Assembly (NCBI GenBank): GCA_041665505.1
Contig: JBAYIR010000007.1
Span: 1-55,716 of the forward strand
Reading direction: 5' to 3'
DNA: 55,716 nt
Source of the DNA: Patescibacteria group bacterium
GTDB taxonomy: Bacteria > Patescibacteriota > Patescibacteriia > UBA1558 > GWA2-36-10
The position numbers and the translations under genes are program-made. The notes under the pieces were generated by a model. That model saw nothing but the letters and a program-made list of their open reading frames with translations, searched no databases and was not told where the DNA came from. Numbering within the stretch: the first letter of the stretch is position 1; each line of letters opens with the position of its first letter. Positions 10,681 through 17,735 of this stretch are shown in pieces.

Positions 10681-11181
10681 ATGTCTGAGCAGATTATTTT
10701 GGTAGATGAAAAAGATAATCAAATTGGCAGTGGTGAAAAATTAGCTGTTCACCAAAAAGGTCAATTGCATAGAGCTTTTTCTATTTTGGTTTTTAATTCC
10801 CGTGGTCAATTGTTGATTCAGCAAAGATCTGATAGTAAATATCATTGTCCAGGTCTTTGGGCCAATACTTGTTGTTCACATCCTGTAGTTGGAGAGACCA
10901 TAGATCAAGCCGCTCATCGTAGGTTAGAGGACGAAATGGGTTTTGATTGTCCTTTGGAAGAAAAAGGCAGTTTTATTTATAAGGTAGCTTTTGATAATAA
11001 TTTGATTGAACACGAGTTTGATCACGTTTTAGTTGGCTACTATGATGGGGATATAAAAATTAATCCTCAGGAAGTCAAAGATAGTCTTTGGCTAGAATTA
11101 GCTAGTTTAAAGAAGGATATGAGTGATTTTCCAAATAAATATGCCCCTTGGTTTAAAATAATAATAGACAAATTTTTTTAA
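10681..11181 (+). CDS. idi: isopentenyl-diphosphate delta-isomerase, type 1 (Nudix)
   Basis: LHRAFSILVFN, GLWANTCCSHP and EHEFDHV motifs. Confidence 0.85.
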   Translation: MSEQIILVDEKDNQIGSGEKLAVHQKGQLHRAFSILVFNSRGQLLIQQRSDSKYHCPGLWANTCCSHPVVGETIDQAAHRRLEDEMGFDCPLEEKGSFIYKVAFDNNLIEHEFDHVLVGYYDGDIKINPQEVKDSLWLELASLKKDMSDFPNKYAPWFKIIIDKFF

Positions 11182-11199
11182 AAGCCAAAGACTTAATCC

Positions 11200-11228
11200 T
11201 TGACTTTTTTCTCATTTTTGCTTATAAT
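11200..11228 (+). promoter_or_regulatory. sigma70-type promoter upstream of tRNA-Thr/rpmG
   Basis: TTGACT, 17-nt spacer, TATAAT. Confidence 0.55.
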
Positions 11229-11359
11229 TTATTCCGTTATTTATCTACTGTCACCCTAGCTTCTATTATAGAATAGCTAGTAAATTAATTAAGATAAGTA
11301 GCTGATAGATAGAAGATATAAATTTTAGCTTAAATAGCATTTTACATTATCGTAATTAC

Positions 11360-11435
11360 GCCACCCTAGCTCAGTTGGTAGAGCAACGGTTTTGTAAACC
11401 GTCGGTCGTCGGTTCGAGTCCGACGGGTGGCTCCA
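11360..11435 (+). tRNA. tRNA-Thr (anticodon UGU), CCA encoded
   Basis: Cloverleaf folded by hand: acceptor gccaccc/gggtggc, anticodon loop ttTGTaa, T-arm gtcgg-ttcgagt-ccgac. Confidence 0.9.
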
Positions 11436-11463
11436 TTATTTAAAAATTATTAAAAATACTGAC

Positions 11464-11619
11464 ATGTCACAAGATAATTTAGCCAAATTGGAATGCACAC
11501 AGTGTCACAGTATCAATTACCATAGTCACAGAAACAAGAAAACGGTAAAAGAAAGACTGGAAGTCAACAAACATTGTAAGAAATGTAAGACACACACAAT
11601 GCATAAAGAAACTAAATAA
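11464..11619 (+). CDS. rpmG: 50S ribosomal protein L33 (51 aa, below the ORF-track length cut-off)
   Basis: My translation is MSQDNLAKLECTQCHSINYHSHRNKKTVKERLEVNKHCKKCKTHTMHKETK, which has the CxxC...CxxC...HKETK L33 signature. Confidence 0.88.
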   Translation: MSQDNLAKLECTQCHSINYHSHRNKKTVKERLEVNKHCKKCKTHTMHKETK

Positions 11620-11655
11620 TCCCAACCCAATCCTTGGGAGGGGATTATTTTGTAA

Positions 11656-11753
11656 GGGGGCGTAGTATAGTGGTAGTACACCCAGTCGCTCGCGAGCAGC
11701 TGGGACAAGGGTCCCTACCCAGCCCTTCGCGAAAGGCTGGGTCAGAACCTAGC
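11656..11753 (+). pseudogene. degenerate partial copy of tRNA-Trp interrupted by two GC-rich palindromes
   Basis: 11656-11680 is identical to tRNA-Trp 12045-12069. Then come palindrome cccagtcgctcgcgagcagctggg, acaagggtc (identical to 12067-12075), palindrome cccagcccttcgcgaaaggctggg at the anticodon-loop position, and aacctagc. There is no T-arm. Confidence 0.55.
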
Positions 11754-11787
11754 AAATCAATACAAATATCAATTAAGAAAAGCGATT

Positions 11788-12033
11788 ATGTATTATGTGT
11801 ATATTTTAAAATTAAATAGTGGTAAGTTTTATATTGGTTATACTAAGAGTATTAAAAGGAGATTAGAAGAACATAAAGCTAAGAAAACATATTTTGTTGG
11901 TAGAGAAAAAAGTTTTAAGTTAATCTATTTTGAGGCTTTTAGTGAGATAGATTTAGCAAAAGAAAGAGAGAAAAAGTTAAAGCAATACGGTTCAGCTTAT
12001 CATGGTTTATTAAAACGTATAAAAGTTTTATAA
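11788..12033 (+). CDS. GIY-YIG nuclease-family protein (81 aa)
   Basis: YVYILK..GKFYIGYT...RRLEEH motif. Confidence 0.82.
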   Translation: MYYVYILKLNSGKFYIGYTKSIKRRLEEHKAKKTYFVGREKSFKLIYFEAFSEIDLAKEREKKLKQYGSAYHGLLKRIKVL

Positions 12034-12044
12034 GTAATTAACAG

Positions 12045-12118
12045 GGGGGCGTAGTATAGTGGTAGTACAAGGGTCTCCAAAACCTTTAGCGTGGGTTCGA
12101 TTCCTACCGCCCCTGCCA
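12045..12118 (+). tRNA. tRNA-Trp (anticodon CCA), CCA encoded
   Basis: Acceptor gggggcg/cgcccct, D-arm gtat-agtggta-gtac, anticodon arm agggt-ctCCAaa-acctt, T-arm gtggg-ttcgatt-cctac. Confidence 0.88.
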
Positions 12119-12224
12119 TTCGACTCCGTCGCGTTAGACGCGACTTCGCTCATGACCTTCGGCCACCAGTAAGTATTGTAATACGGGTGTCGAATGTCTT
12201 GAGTGAAATCGAAAGACAAAAAAT

Positions 12225-12258
12225 CAAGATATTAATTATCTTGTTTTTTTGTATAAAA
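12225..12258 (+). terminator. intrinsic terminator, copy 1 of a 34-bp direct repeat
   Basis: Stem caagata/tatcttg plus T7. Matches 13179-13212 at 33 of 34 positions. Confidence 0.6.
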
Positions 12259-12262
12259 CAAA

Positions 12263-12291
12263 ATGACAATAGAATATTTTTATGATAATAT
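12263..12291 (+). promoter_or_regulatory. promoter giving a probably leaderless mRNA
   Basis: ATGACA, 17-nt spacer, TAATAT with a TGn extension. The ATG at 12298 lies 6 nt after the -10 box. Confidence 0.45.
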
Positions 12292-12297
12292 TGAATT

Positions 12298-13158
12298 ATG
12301 AACGATTTATTTAATACTTGGCAACTGTATATAGTTGGGTATTTGGTAAGTGTTGTAATTTTTTTTCAATACTACAAATTGGCTGTCAAAGAAGCAAAAA
12401 ATGATGGGGCGGCCACTATTTTATTACAAGTAATAGCTGGTTTGAGTATTCTTATATTTATTCCATTTTTTCCTATTCAATTTCCGACAGAGATAAAATT
12501 TTATATTATTTTATCTATTGCCTCTATATTCTATGCTTTAAATGATAGATTGCAGGTTACTGCCCGTAAGCATCTTGAGGTTTCTGTATTTTCTATTTTG
12601 AACATGCTTAAAACATTTTTTTTGTTTGTTTTTGGGTTATTATTCTTTAAAGAAAATTTTATTATAAGTAAAATGTTAGGAGCATTGTTAATTTTGCTTG
12701 GTAATGGTTTTTTATTTTACAAAAAGGGGAAATTTAAATTTGATAAATATGCAATAATAAGTATAATTGCTACTTTTATATTTGCCATAGCAATGTCAAT
12801 TGATATTGGTATTTCTAAAAAATTTAATTTGCCTATATATATTTCTTTTACACTTTTAATTCCAGCGTTAATATTATTTTTATTTGGTAGACAGAAATTT
12901 AATGATATTGTAATTGAATATAATTCTGTGTCGAAAAAACATTATTTTATTACAGGAATATTTTGGGGATTGACTGTATTGTTTACTCTAAGAGCATATC
13001 AATTAAGTAGTGTTACAACTATTGCTCCAATTTTAGCTACTTCTGTTTTATTGAATGTAATTGTTGCTTATATTTTTCATAAAGAAAAGGAACATTTCAT
13101 CAGAAAAATAGTTATTTCAGCGTTGATTTTTTTTGGTGTTTATCTCACTATAATATAA
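12298..13158 (+). CDS. DMT/EamA-like membrane transporter
   Basis: About 10 predicted TM helices arranged as two halves. Confidence 0.55.
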   Translation: MNDLFNTWQLYIVGYLVSVVIFFQYYKLAVKEAKNDGAATILLQVIAGLSILIFIPFFPIQFPTEIKFYIILSIASIFYALNDRLQVTARKHLEVSVFSILNMLKTFFLFVFGLLFFKENFIISKMLGALLILLGNGFLFYKKGKFKFDKYAIISIIATFIFAIAMSIDIGISKKFNLPIYISFTLLIPALILFLFGRQKFNDIVIEYNSVSKKHYFITGIFWGLTVLFTLRAYQLSSVTTIAPILATSVLLNVIVAYIFHKEKEHFIRKIVISALIFFGVYLTII

Positions 13159-13178
13159 TAAATAATCAATCAGCAGAG

Positions 13179-13212
13179 CAAGATATTATTTATCTTGTTT
13201 TTTTGTATAAAA
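13179..13212 (+). terminator. intrinsic terminator, copy 2 of the 34-bp direct repeat
   Basis: Same hairpin plus T7 as 12225-12258. It abuts island A. Confidence 0.6.
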
Positions 13213-13216
13213 GAAA

Positions 13217-13243
13217 GCCGGGGCGCGCGTTGCGCACCCCGGC
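13217..13243 (-). terminator. island A terminator (GC hairpin)
   Basis: gccgggg-c-gcgc/gcgc-a-ccccggc hairpin 8 nt after the A1 stop, followed by a T-rich tail on the minus strand. Confidence 0.7.
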
Positions 13244-13251
13244 GTGGATCC

Positions 13252-13608
13252 TCAGATCCAGTACTTCAGCTCCTGGCGGCTGAACTGTCTGATCTTCGCC
13301 GCCTGACGGCGGGAGATCCCATGTCGCTGAGCGAACTCAGCATTGGTCTCCTGGTCGGGACAGTCAGGACCTGGCGTGAGCTGACGAGCTCTCTGCTGAA
13401 TGGTCTCGAAGCGATGATGCTTGAGAACATCCCAGCTGAACTGAGAGTCGTAGCAGCACTCGCATCCCCAACGCCGGACATTGTAGAAGGTGACCTCCTG
13501 ACACTGCGAACAGGCAGTACTCTCCCAGTAGTAGGGATCATTCATACACCTGTTCAGGTATTCGGTCAGCACGACATGTTCGTAGCTCCAGCGGCGCTCG
13601 GATTCCAT
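13252..13608 (-). CDS. island ORF A1: Cys-rich protein with C-terminal HTH-like segment (118 aa)
   Basis: SD AAGGAG 6 nt before the ATG, with its own promoter and terminator. Motifs CSQC, GCECC and TNAEFAQRHGISRRQAAKIR. Confidence 0.65.
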   Translation of the reverse strand: MESERRWSYEHVVLTEYLNRCMNDPYYWESTACSQCQEVTFYNVRRWGCECCYDSQFSWDVLKHHRFETIQQRARQLTPGPDCPDQETNAEFAQRHGISRRQAAKIRQFSRQELKYWI

Positions 13609-13800
13609 GGTTGGCTCCTTCTGAAGAATGCGTGGTCGAGACCAGCACCTTCAGAAAGGAGAGAGAAGGGGAAGGATGAGACTGAAGGTGCTTCAGATTT
13701 GCACCTAGCCTTAGTGAAATTCCCAGTTCCAAGGCATTTCTGCCTCTCTTTCATTGAAGAACGCACTCCGTCAGAAATACGAATATTTCTGACCCAAAGT
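13609..13800 (-). promoter_or_regulatory. structured GC-rich 5' leader of A1
   Basis: 10-bp hairpin capped by a UUCG loop (13770-13793). An 11-bp long-range stem (13644-13654 / 13682-13692) encloses a CU-rich loop and competes with a local hairpin (13682-13696). Confidence 0.5.
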
Positions 13801-13804
13801 AAAC

Positions 13805-13838
13805 ATTATATACTAACATATTTAAGCTATTTTGTCAA
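13805..13838 (-). promoter_or_regulatory. promoter of A1
   Basis: On the minus strand: TTGACA, 17-nt spacer, TAGTAT with TGn, and an overlapping TATAAT. It shares an identical 22-nt -35/UP segment with 14865-14886. Confidence 0.65.
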
Positions 13839-13851
13839 TGATATTATTTAT

Positions 13852-13887
13852 CTAAAACAAAAAGCCGGTACAATATTTCATGTACCG
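13852..13887 (-). terminator. terminator of the A3-A2 operon
   Basis: Stem cggtaca/tgtaccg followed by a T-run on the minus strand. Confidence 0.6.
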
Positions 13888-13938
13888 ACCAAGATCATCA
13901 CTCGGGGGTGGATGATCAAAACCCTTTGGTCTGGCTCC

Positions 13939-14283
13939 CTACGGAGCCTCGAGATCTTGATGCTCGAAGGGCAGAGCGCCCATTTGCTCCGCGTCCAGGA
14001 AGAACACGGGAAGATGCATCGTAGGCAAGCCGAAGTGTCGACCCGTCAGCTCTCTGGTAACCTCGGCGACCAGAGAGGCGTCCTGGCAGAGAATCAGCAG
14101 CTGGTTGCCCAACTTGAAGTCGGACCACAACCTGTTGTGGGGGATGCTCGTATCCCTCACTTCAACGTTGACAGTCATGCGTTCTCGGAGCTTGAGCACC
14201 TTGATGACCCTCTCGAGAGTCCCGGCTGTTGCGGGGTTGAGGTCAACCGTGCTCAGGTTGAGGTAAAGGATAAATAGGATCAT
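13939..14283 (-). CDS. island ORF A2: hypothetical protein (114 aa)
   Basis: SD GGAAGGAAGGG 3 nt before the ATG. Second gene of the operon. Confidence 0.6.
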   Translation of the reverse strand: MILFILYLNLSTVDLNPATAGTLERVIKVLKLRERMTVNVEVRDTSIPHNRLWSDFKLGNQLLILCQDASLVAEVTRELTGRHFGLPTMHLPVFFLDAEQMGALPFEHQDLEAP

Positions 14284-14343
14284 GTCCCTTCCTTCCGTTT
14301 TGGCCCAAGAAGGACCGTGTGAACGTGCGAGCTCAGGCGAGAG

Positions 14344-14673
14344 TTACTGCTTCTTCTGGAGCTGCTCCAGGCAGTCTTGAATCTCTGCATAAGCATCACG
14401 TTCGTCTTCTGTGACACCTCTCTTATAGAGAAGCATCGTTGATTGGGCTTGTCTTTGCTCGAAGTTTCCACCCTTGAACTCAAAAGTGTATTTACCAGGT
14501 CGAAAAAAAGGAAAGAAAAAATGACCAAAACCACTGCGTACACAGATGATCGTGTACGAATAAGTATCCGTATCGCATTGTTTGAGTACCTGACCATTTT
14601 CACCACAACCAGCCATGGCGACCAGACTGACGGTGAAGACGACGAGCATGAGGATCTGCCAGAACTTGCGCAT
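14344..14673 (-). CDS. island ORF A3: putative lipoprotein (109 aa)
   Basis: Signal peptide ending in a lipobox-like VAMAGC. AGGAAAGAG lies upstream of the ATG. Confidence 0.6.
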   Translation of the reverse strand: MRKFWQILMLVVFTVSLVAMAGCGENGQVLKQCDTDTYSYTIICVRSGFGHFFFPFFRPGKYTFEFKGGNFEQRQAQSTMLLYKRGVTEDERDAYAEIQDCLEQLQKKQ

Positions 14674-14845
14674 TCTCTTCTCACTCTTTCCTTGTTTAGC
14701 AGTTCTTACACTGCCGTGCTTGTGCCAGAACGCAGAATTATCTAGGCACTATACTGGGCTTAAGTTTTTTTAACTTATTCTTAAGCTTTCAATATAGTGG
14801 CTAGATAATATTTTTTTAAAAGAACTTATTTTAAGTTAATGCAGT

Positions 14846-14874
14846 ATTATATAATAAATATACAATTTTGTCAA
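14846..14874 (-). promoter_or_regulatory. consensus promoter of the A3-A2 operon
   Basis: On the minus strand: TTGACA (14869-14874), 17-nt spacer, TATAAT (14846-14851). Confidence 0.7.
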
Positions 14875-14965
14875 TGATATTATTTAATTTAAGTTATAAA
14901 AAATATTAATTTCTATAATCAACATTTTTTGCTATAATACAAGAGTAAAAATTAATAAAAAAATT

Positions 14966-15706
14966 ATGTTATTAGAAAATAAAGTAGCCATTGTCACTGG
15001 TGCAGCCATGGGTATTGGTTTGGGTATTGTCAAAGCACTAGCCAAAGAAAAATGCCAAGTAGTAGTATCTGATATCAAGCTAGCTGACTGTCAAAAAGTA
15101 GTCAAAGAATTAGAAAAACAAGGTGTCAAAGCACTGGCTGTCAAATGTGATGTTAGTAAAAAATCAGAAGTCACCAAGCTATTTCAAGAGACCAAAAAAA
15201 AGCTTGGTCGTTTAGATATATTGGTCAACAATGCCGGTATTTATCCTTTTGTGCCTTTTAGTCAGATGAAAGAAGCTGATTGGGACAAAGTCATGTCAGT
15301 CAATTTGAAAAGTCTTTTCTTTACTTGCCAAGCAGCTACCAATGCTATGTCTAGCGGTGGCCGGATAATCAATATTTCTTCCATTGCTTCAATAGTTGGT
15401 TTTGAAAATTTGGTACACTATTGCGCTTCCAAAGGAGCAGTCAATAGTATGGTCAGAGCCTTAGCTTTAGAGCTTGCCCCCAAAAATATTTTAGTCAACG
15501 CTGTGGCTCCAGGAGCCATTGCTACGCCTGGCGCTAATAAGGGTATGAATGAAGCTAGCCTCAAACAAATGACCGCCGCTATACCACTAGCTCGCGTTGG
15601 TCAGCCGGAAGATATTGCTGGAGCAGTAGTATTTTTGGCTTCAGAATTGTCAAATTATGTAACTGGGCAGACTATTGTGGTGGATGGCGGTTGGACTTTA
15701 CGCTAA
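14966..15706 (+). CDS. short-chain dehydrogenase/reductase (FabG-like)
   Basis: TGAAMGIG Rossmann motif, NNAG and YCASKGAV catalytic motif. Confidence 0.85.
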   Translation: MLLENKVAIVTGAAMGIGLGIVKALAKEKCQVVVSDIKLADCQKVVKELEKQGVKALAVKCDVSKKSEVTKLFQETKKKLGRLDILVNNAGIYPFVPFSQMKEADWDKVMSVNLKSLFFTCQAATNAMSSGGRIINISSIASIVGFENLVHYCASKGAVNSMVRALALELAPKNILVNAVAPGAIATPGANKGMNEASLKQMTAAIPLARVGQPEDIAGAVVFLASELSNYVTGQTIVVDGGWTLR

Positions 15707-15767
15707 AAATTTTAAATAGAAAATATTTTTTGCTTAGCTAGAGGATTTTTTATATCAAAAAAAAGTT

Positions 15768-16418
15768 ATGAAAGATATAATATTATTATTTTTGGCTAGT
15801 CTGATGCTTACAGCCTGCTCACCGGCCAAAAATATAGTTGATAACAATTTGAATATTTTAGATAATACAAACCTAGAAGAATCACCAGTAGAGGATATTG
15901 AAGATGAGTTAGATGTAGTAAAAAAAGAACTGGTTGAGCCAGTGGCTGATTTTAGCACTCGGATTAGCAAAAAACCTTTTGGTATATATATTAGCCCGGA
16001 TAATTCTCCAGTCCAGCCAGAAAAATTCACTGGTTATCACACTGGTGTGGATGTGGAGTATGGTGATTTGGCAGAGGATACAATCCCAGTTTTGGCTATA
16101 GCCGATGGTGAAGTGCTTCGTTCAGCTTGGGTCAGTGGTTATGGTGGTATGTTGGCTATTAGACATCAGATTGAAGGAAAATCTTATATAGTCATCTATG
16201 GTCATCTATCACCAAATAGTTTAGCCAAGTTGGGACAAAAAGTTTCAGCTGGTGATATTATTGGTAATTTGGGTCAAGCTTATAGTCAAGAAACAGCTGG
16301 AGAAAGAAAACATTTACATTTAGCCATTTATACGGGTAGTGATATTAATGTTAAGGGTTATGTGGCCAGACAAAGTGATTTAAGCTTATGGTTAGATCCA
16401 GTAGAATTTTTCAAATAA
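15768..16418 (+). CDS. M23 family metallopeptidase, lipoprotein
   Basis: Lipobox LTAC, plus HTGVDV and GHLS..HLHL LytM-type motifs. Confidence 0.8.
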   Translation: MKDIILLFLASLMLTACSPAKNIVDNNLNILDNTNLEESPVEDIEDELDVVKKELVEPVADFSTRISKKPFGIYISPDNSPVQPEKFTGYHTGVDVEYGDLAEDTIPVLAIADGEVLRSAWVSGYGGMLAIRHQIEGKSYIVIYGHLSPNSLAKLGQKVSAGDIIGNLGQAYSQETAGERKHLHLAIYTGSDINVKGYVARQSDLSLWLDPVEFFK

Positions 16419-16535
16419 TCAAAATTTATCGTTCAAAGAAAAAAAGTGTTAAAATAGTAAGATAGTACTGCTATATTGACCTTAATTATCAATGTAGTAT
16501 AATTAGTGGACTAATATAATTAAACAAAAAAATCT

Positions 16536-17207
16536 ATGAAAAAAACGATAGTTATTGTTGTTCTGGCAATAATATCATTGGGGTCATTGGGCTATATAAT
16601 ATCTAGTAATATGAAATCTGATACTATAAAAGCCACTGAAGTCAAAGATATTGCTGCAAAATTTATTAATGACAATTTGCTTCAGCCAGGTGTCACAGCC
16701 ACTATTGGTGAAGTGACCGAAGAAAATGCTTTGTATAAAGTGCCAGTCAATTTACCTGATGGCAGTAGTGTGGATTCTTATATGAGTACCGATGGTAAAA
16801 TTTTCTTCCCAGAAGGAATGAATATTGAAGAAGTAACTAAACAAATGGCTGACATTAAAGCAAATAACAATCAGAATCAAGGTCAAACACAATTGTTAAC
16901 AGAAGTTGTAACTGAAGGCACTGGTGATGTAGTGGTTGAAAGCGGTGATTCTATTACCGTTGATTACACTGGTACTTTGGAAGATGGCACAGAATTTGAT
17001 TCTAGTGTTGGCAAAACTCCTTTTACTTTCACTATTGGTCAAGGAACAGTTATTCCAGGTTGGGATCAAGGACTCTTGGGCATGAAAGTTGGTGAAGAAA
17101 GAAAATTGATTATTCCATCTGATTTAGCCTATGGTGCTAGTGGCTCTGGTTCTATACCACCAAATGCTACTTTGATTTTTACTGTTAAGTTAATTTCTAT
17201 AAATTAA
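16536..17207 (+). CDS. membrane-anchored FKBP-type peptidyl-prolyl isomerase
   Basis: N-terminal TM helix and a C-terminal FKBP domain (VDYTGTLEDGTEFDSS, GWDQGLLGMKVGE, LIFTVKL). Confidence 0.88.
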   Translation: MKKTIVIVVLAIISLGSLGYIISSNMKSDTIKATEVKDIAAKFINDNLLQPGVTATIGEVTEENALYKVPVNLPDGSSVDSYMSTDGKIFFPEGMNIEEVTKQMADIKANNNQNQGQTQLLTEVVTEGTGDVVVESGDSITVDYTGTLEDGTEFDSSVGKTPFTFTIGQGTVIPGWDQGLLGMKVGEERKLIIPSDLAYGASGSGSIPPNATLIFTVKLISIN

Positions 17208-17222
17208 TAATATTTAAAAAAG

Positions 17223-17250
17223 CACTCGCGTTATCACGTGGGTGTTTTTT
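17223..17250 (+). terminator. terminator of FKBP gene
   Basis: Stem cactcgcg/cgtgggtg with two GU pairs, followed by T6. Confidence 0.55.
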
Positions 17251-17287
17251 GTTTATTTAAATAATTTTTTTTAGAAAAAATAAATGA

Positions 17288-17312
17288 CCGGGGCGCGCTG
17301 CGCGCACCCCGG
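17288..17312 (-). terminator. island B terminator, near-identical to the island A terminator
   Basis: ccgggg-c-gcgc tgc gcgc-a-ccccgg. It has the same C/A mismatch as 13217-13243 and a T-rich tail on the minus strand. Confidence 0.7.
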
Positions 17313-17324
17313 CCGAGCTAGTGG

Positions 17325-17675
17325 CTACTCAGTAGCCATGTCGCTTTCGCTCATGAAGATCTCCAACCGACATCCGTAGATTCGGATGCCGAGCTTCTCG
17401 GCTCTGAGGGCCAAGATGACCAGATCAGCCTCGAGGCGGTCACTGTAGATGATCAACAGGGAGGGTTTGTCCACGGTCGGACCAGACACAGCCTTGTCCA
17501 CGGTCGGACCAGACACAGCCTTGACCACCTGCACATTGTCATGCAGATTGACCTCAGCATCATCCCCCAGTTTAAACTGTTTGATCACCCGCAAGATGGC
17601 ACCGAGGACACGCTTCTTGACGGCCATGGTATCTGTGTCTTTACTACCAAGGCCGTAGACCCCGAACAGGAACAT
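17325..17675 (-). CDS. island ORF B1: hypothetical protein, paralog of the B2 N-terminal domain (116 aa)
   Basis: Start moved to the ATG at 17675, which has SD AAGGAAGGAAG 3 nt upstream. Alignable to B2 (VLGAILRVIKQFKLGDDAEVNL vs VLSVICRVVQELRLRDDAVITL). Confidence 0.6.
   Translation of the reverse strand: MFLFGVYGLGSKDTDTMAVKKRVLGAILRVIKQFKLGDDAEVNLHDNVQVVKAVSGPTVDKAVSGPTVDKPSLLIIYSDRLEADLVILALRAEKLGIRIYGCRLEIFMSESDMATE
17467..17520. repeat. perfect 27-bp tandem duplication inside B1
   Basis: 17467-17493 equals 17494-17520. The duplication is in frame and encodes KAVSGPTVD twice. Confidence 0.9.
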
Positions 17676-17735
17676 TGGCTTCCTTCCTTTCAGAACTCCG
17701 CGATCCAAGCTGTGGAGCACTTGTCTGGGCGATCT

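Noticed and set aside
11656-12118. Single tRNA-Trp gene split by a group I intron that carries the GIY-YIG ORF
   Set aside because: The downstream copy (12045-12118) is a complete cloverleaf on its own, so no splicing is needed. I could not recognise group I core helices by eye. This is still worth a covariance-model check.
13195-14277. 360-aa plus-strand ORF spanning all of island A
   Set aside because: It starts in an AT-rich terminator and has no SD. It runs straight through an AT-rich promoter region and two terminator hairpins. It is antisense to three ORFs that each have SD, promoter and terminator. Long open frames are expected by chance in GC-rich DNA.
14280-14684. 134-aa minus-strand ORF overlapping A3 in another frame
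   Set aside because: It is Ser/Arg-rich and low-complexity, and has no SD. The alternative frame (A3) has a signal peptide with a lipobox.
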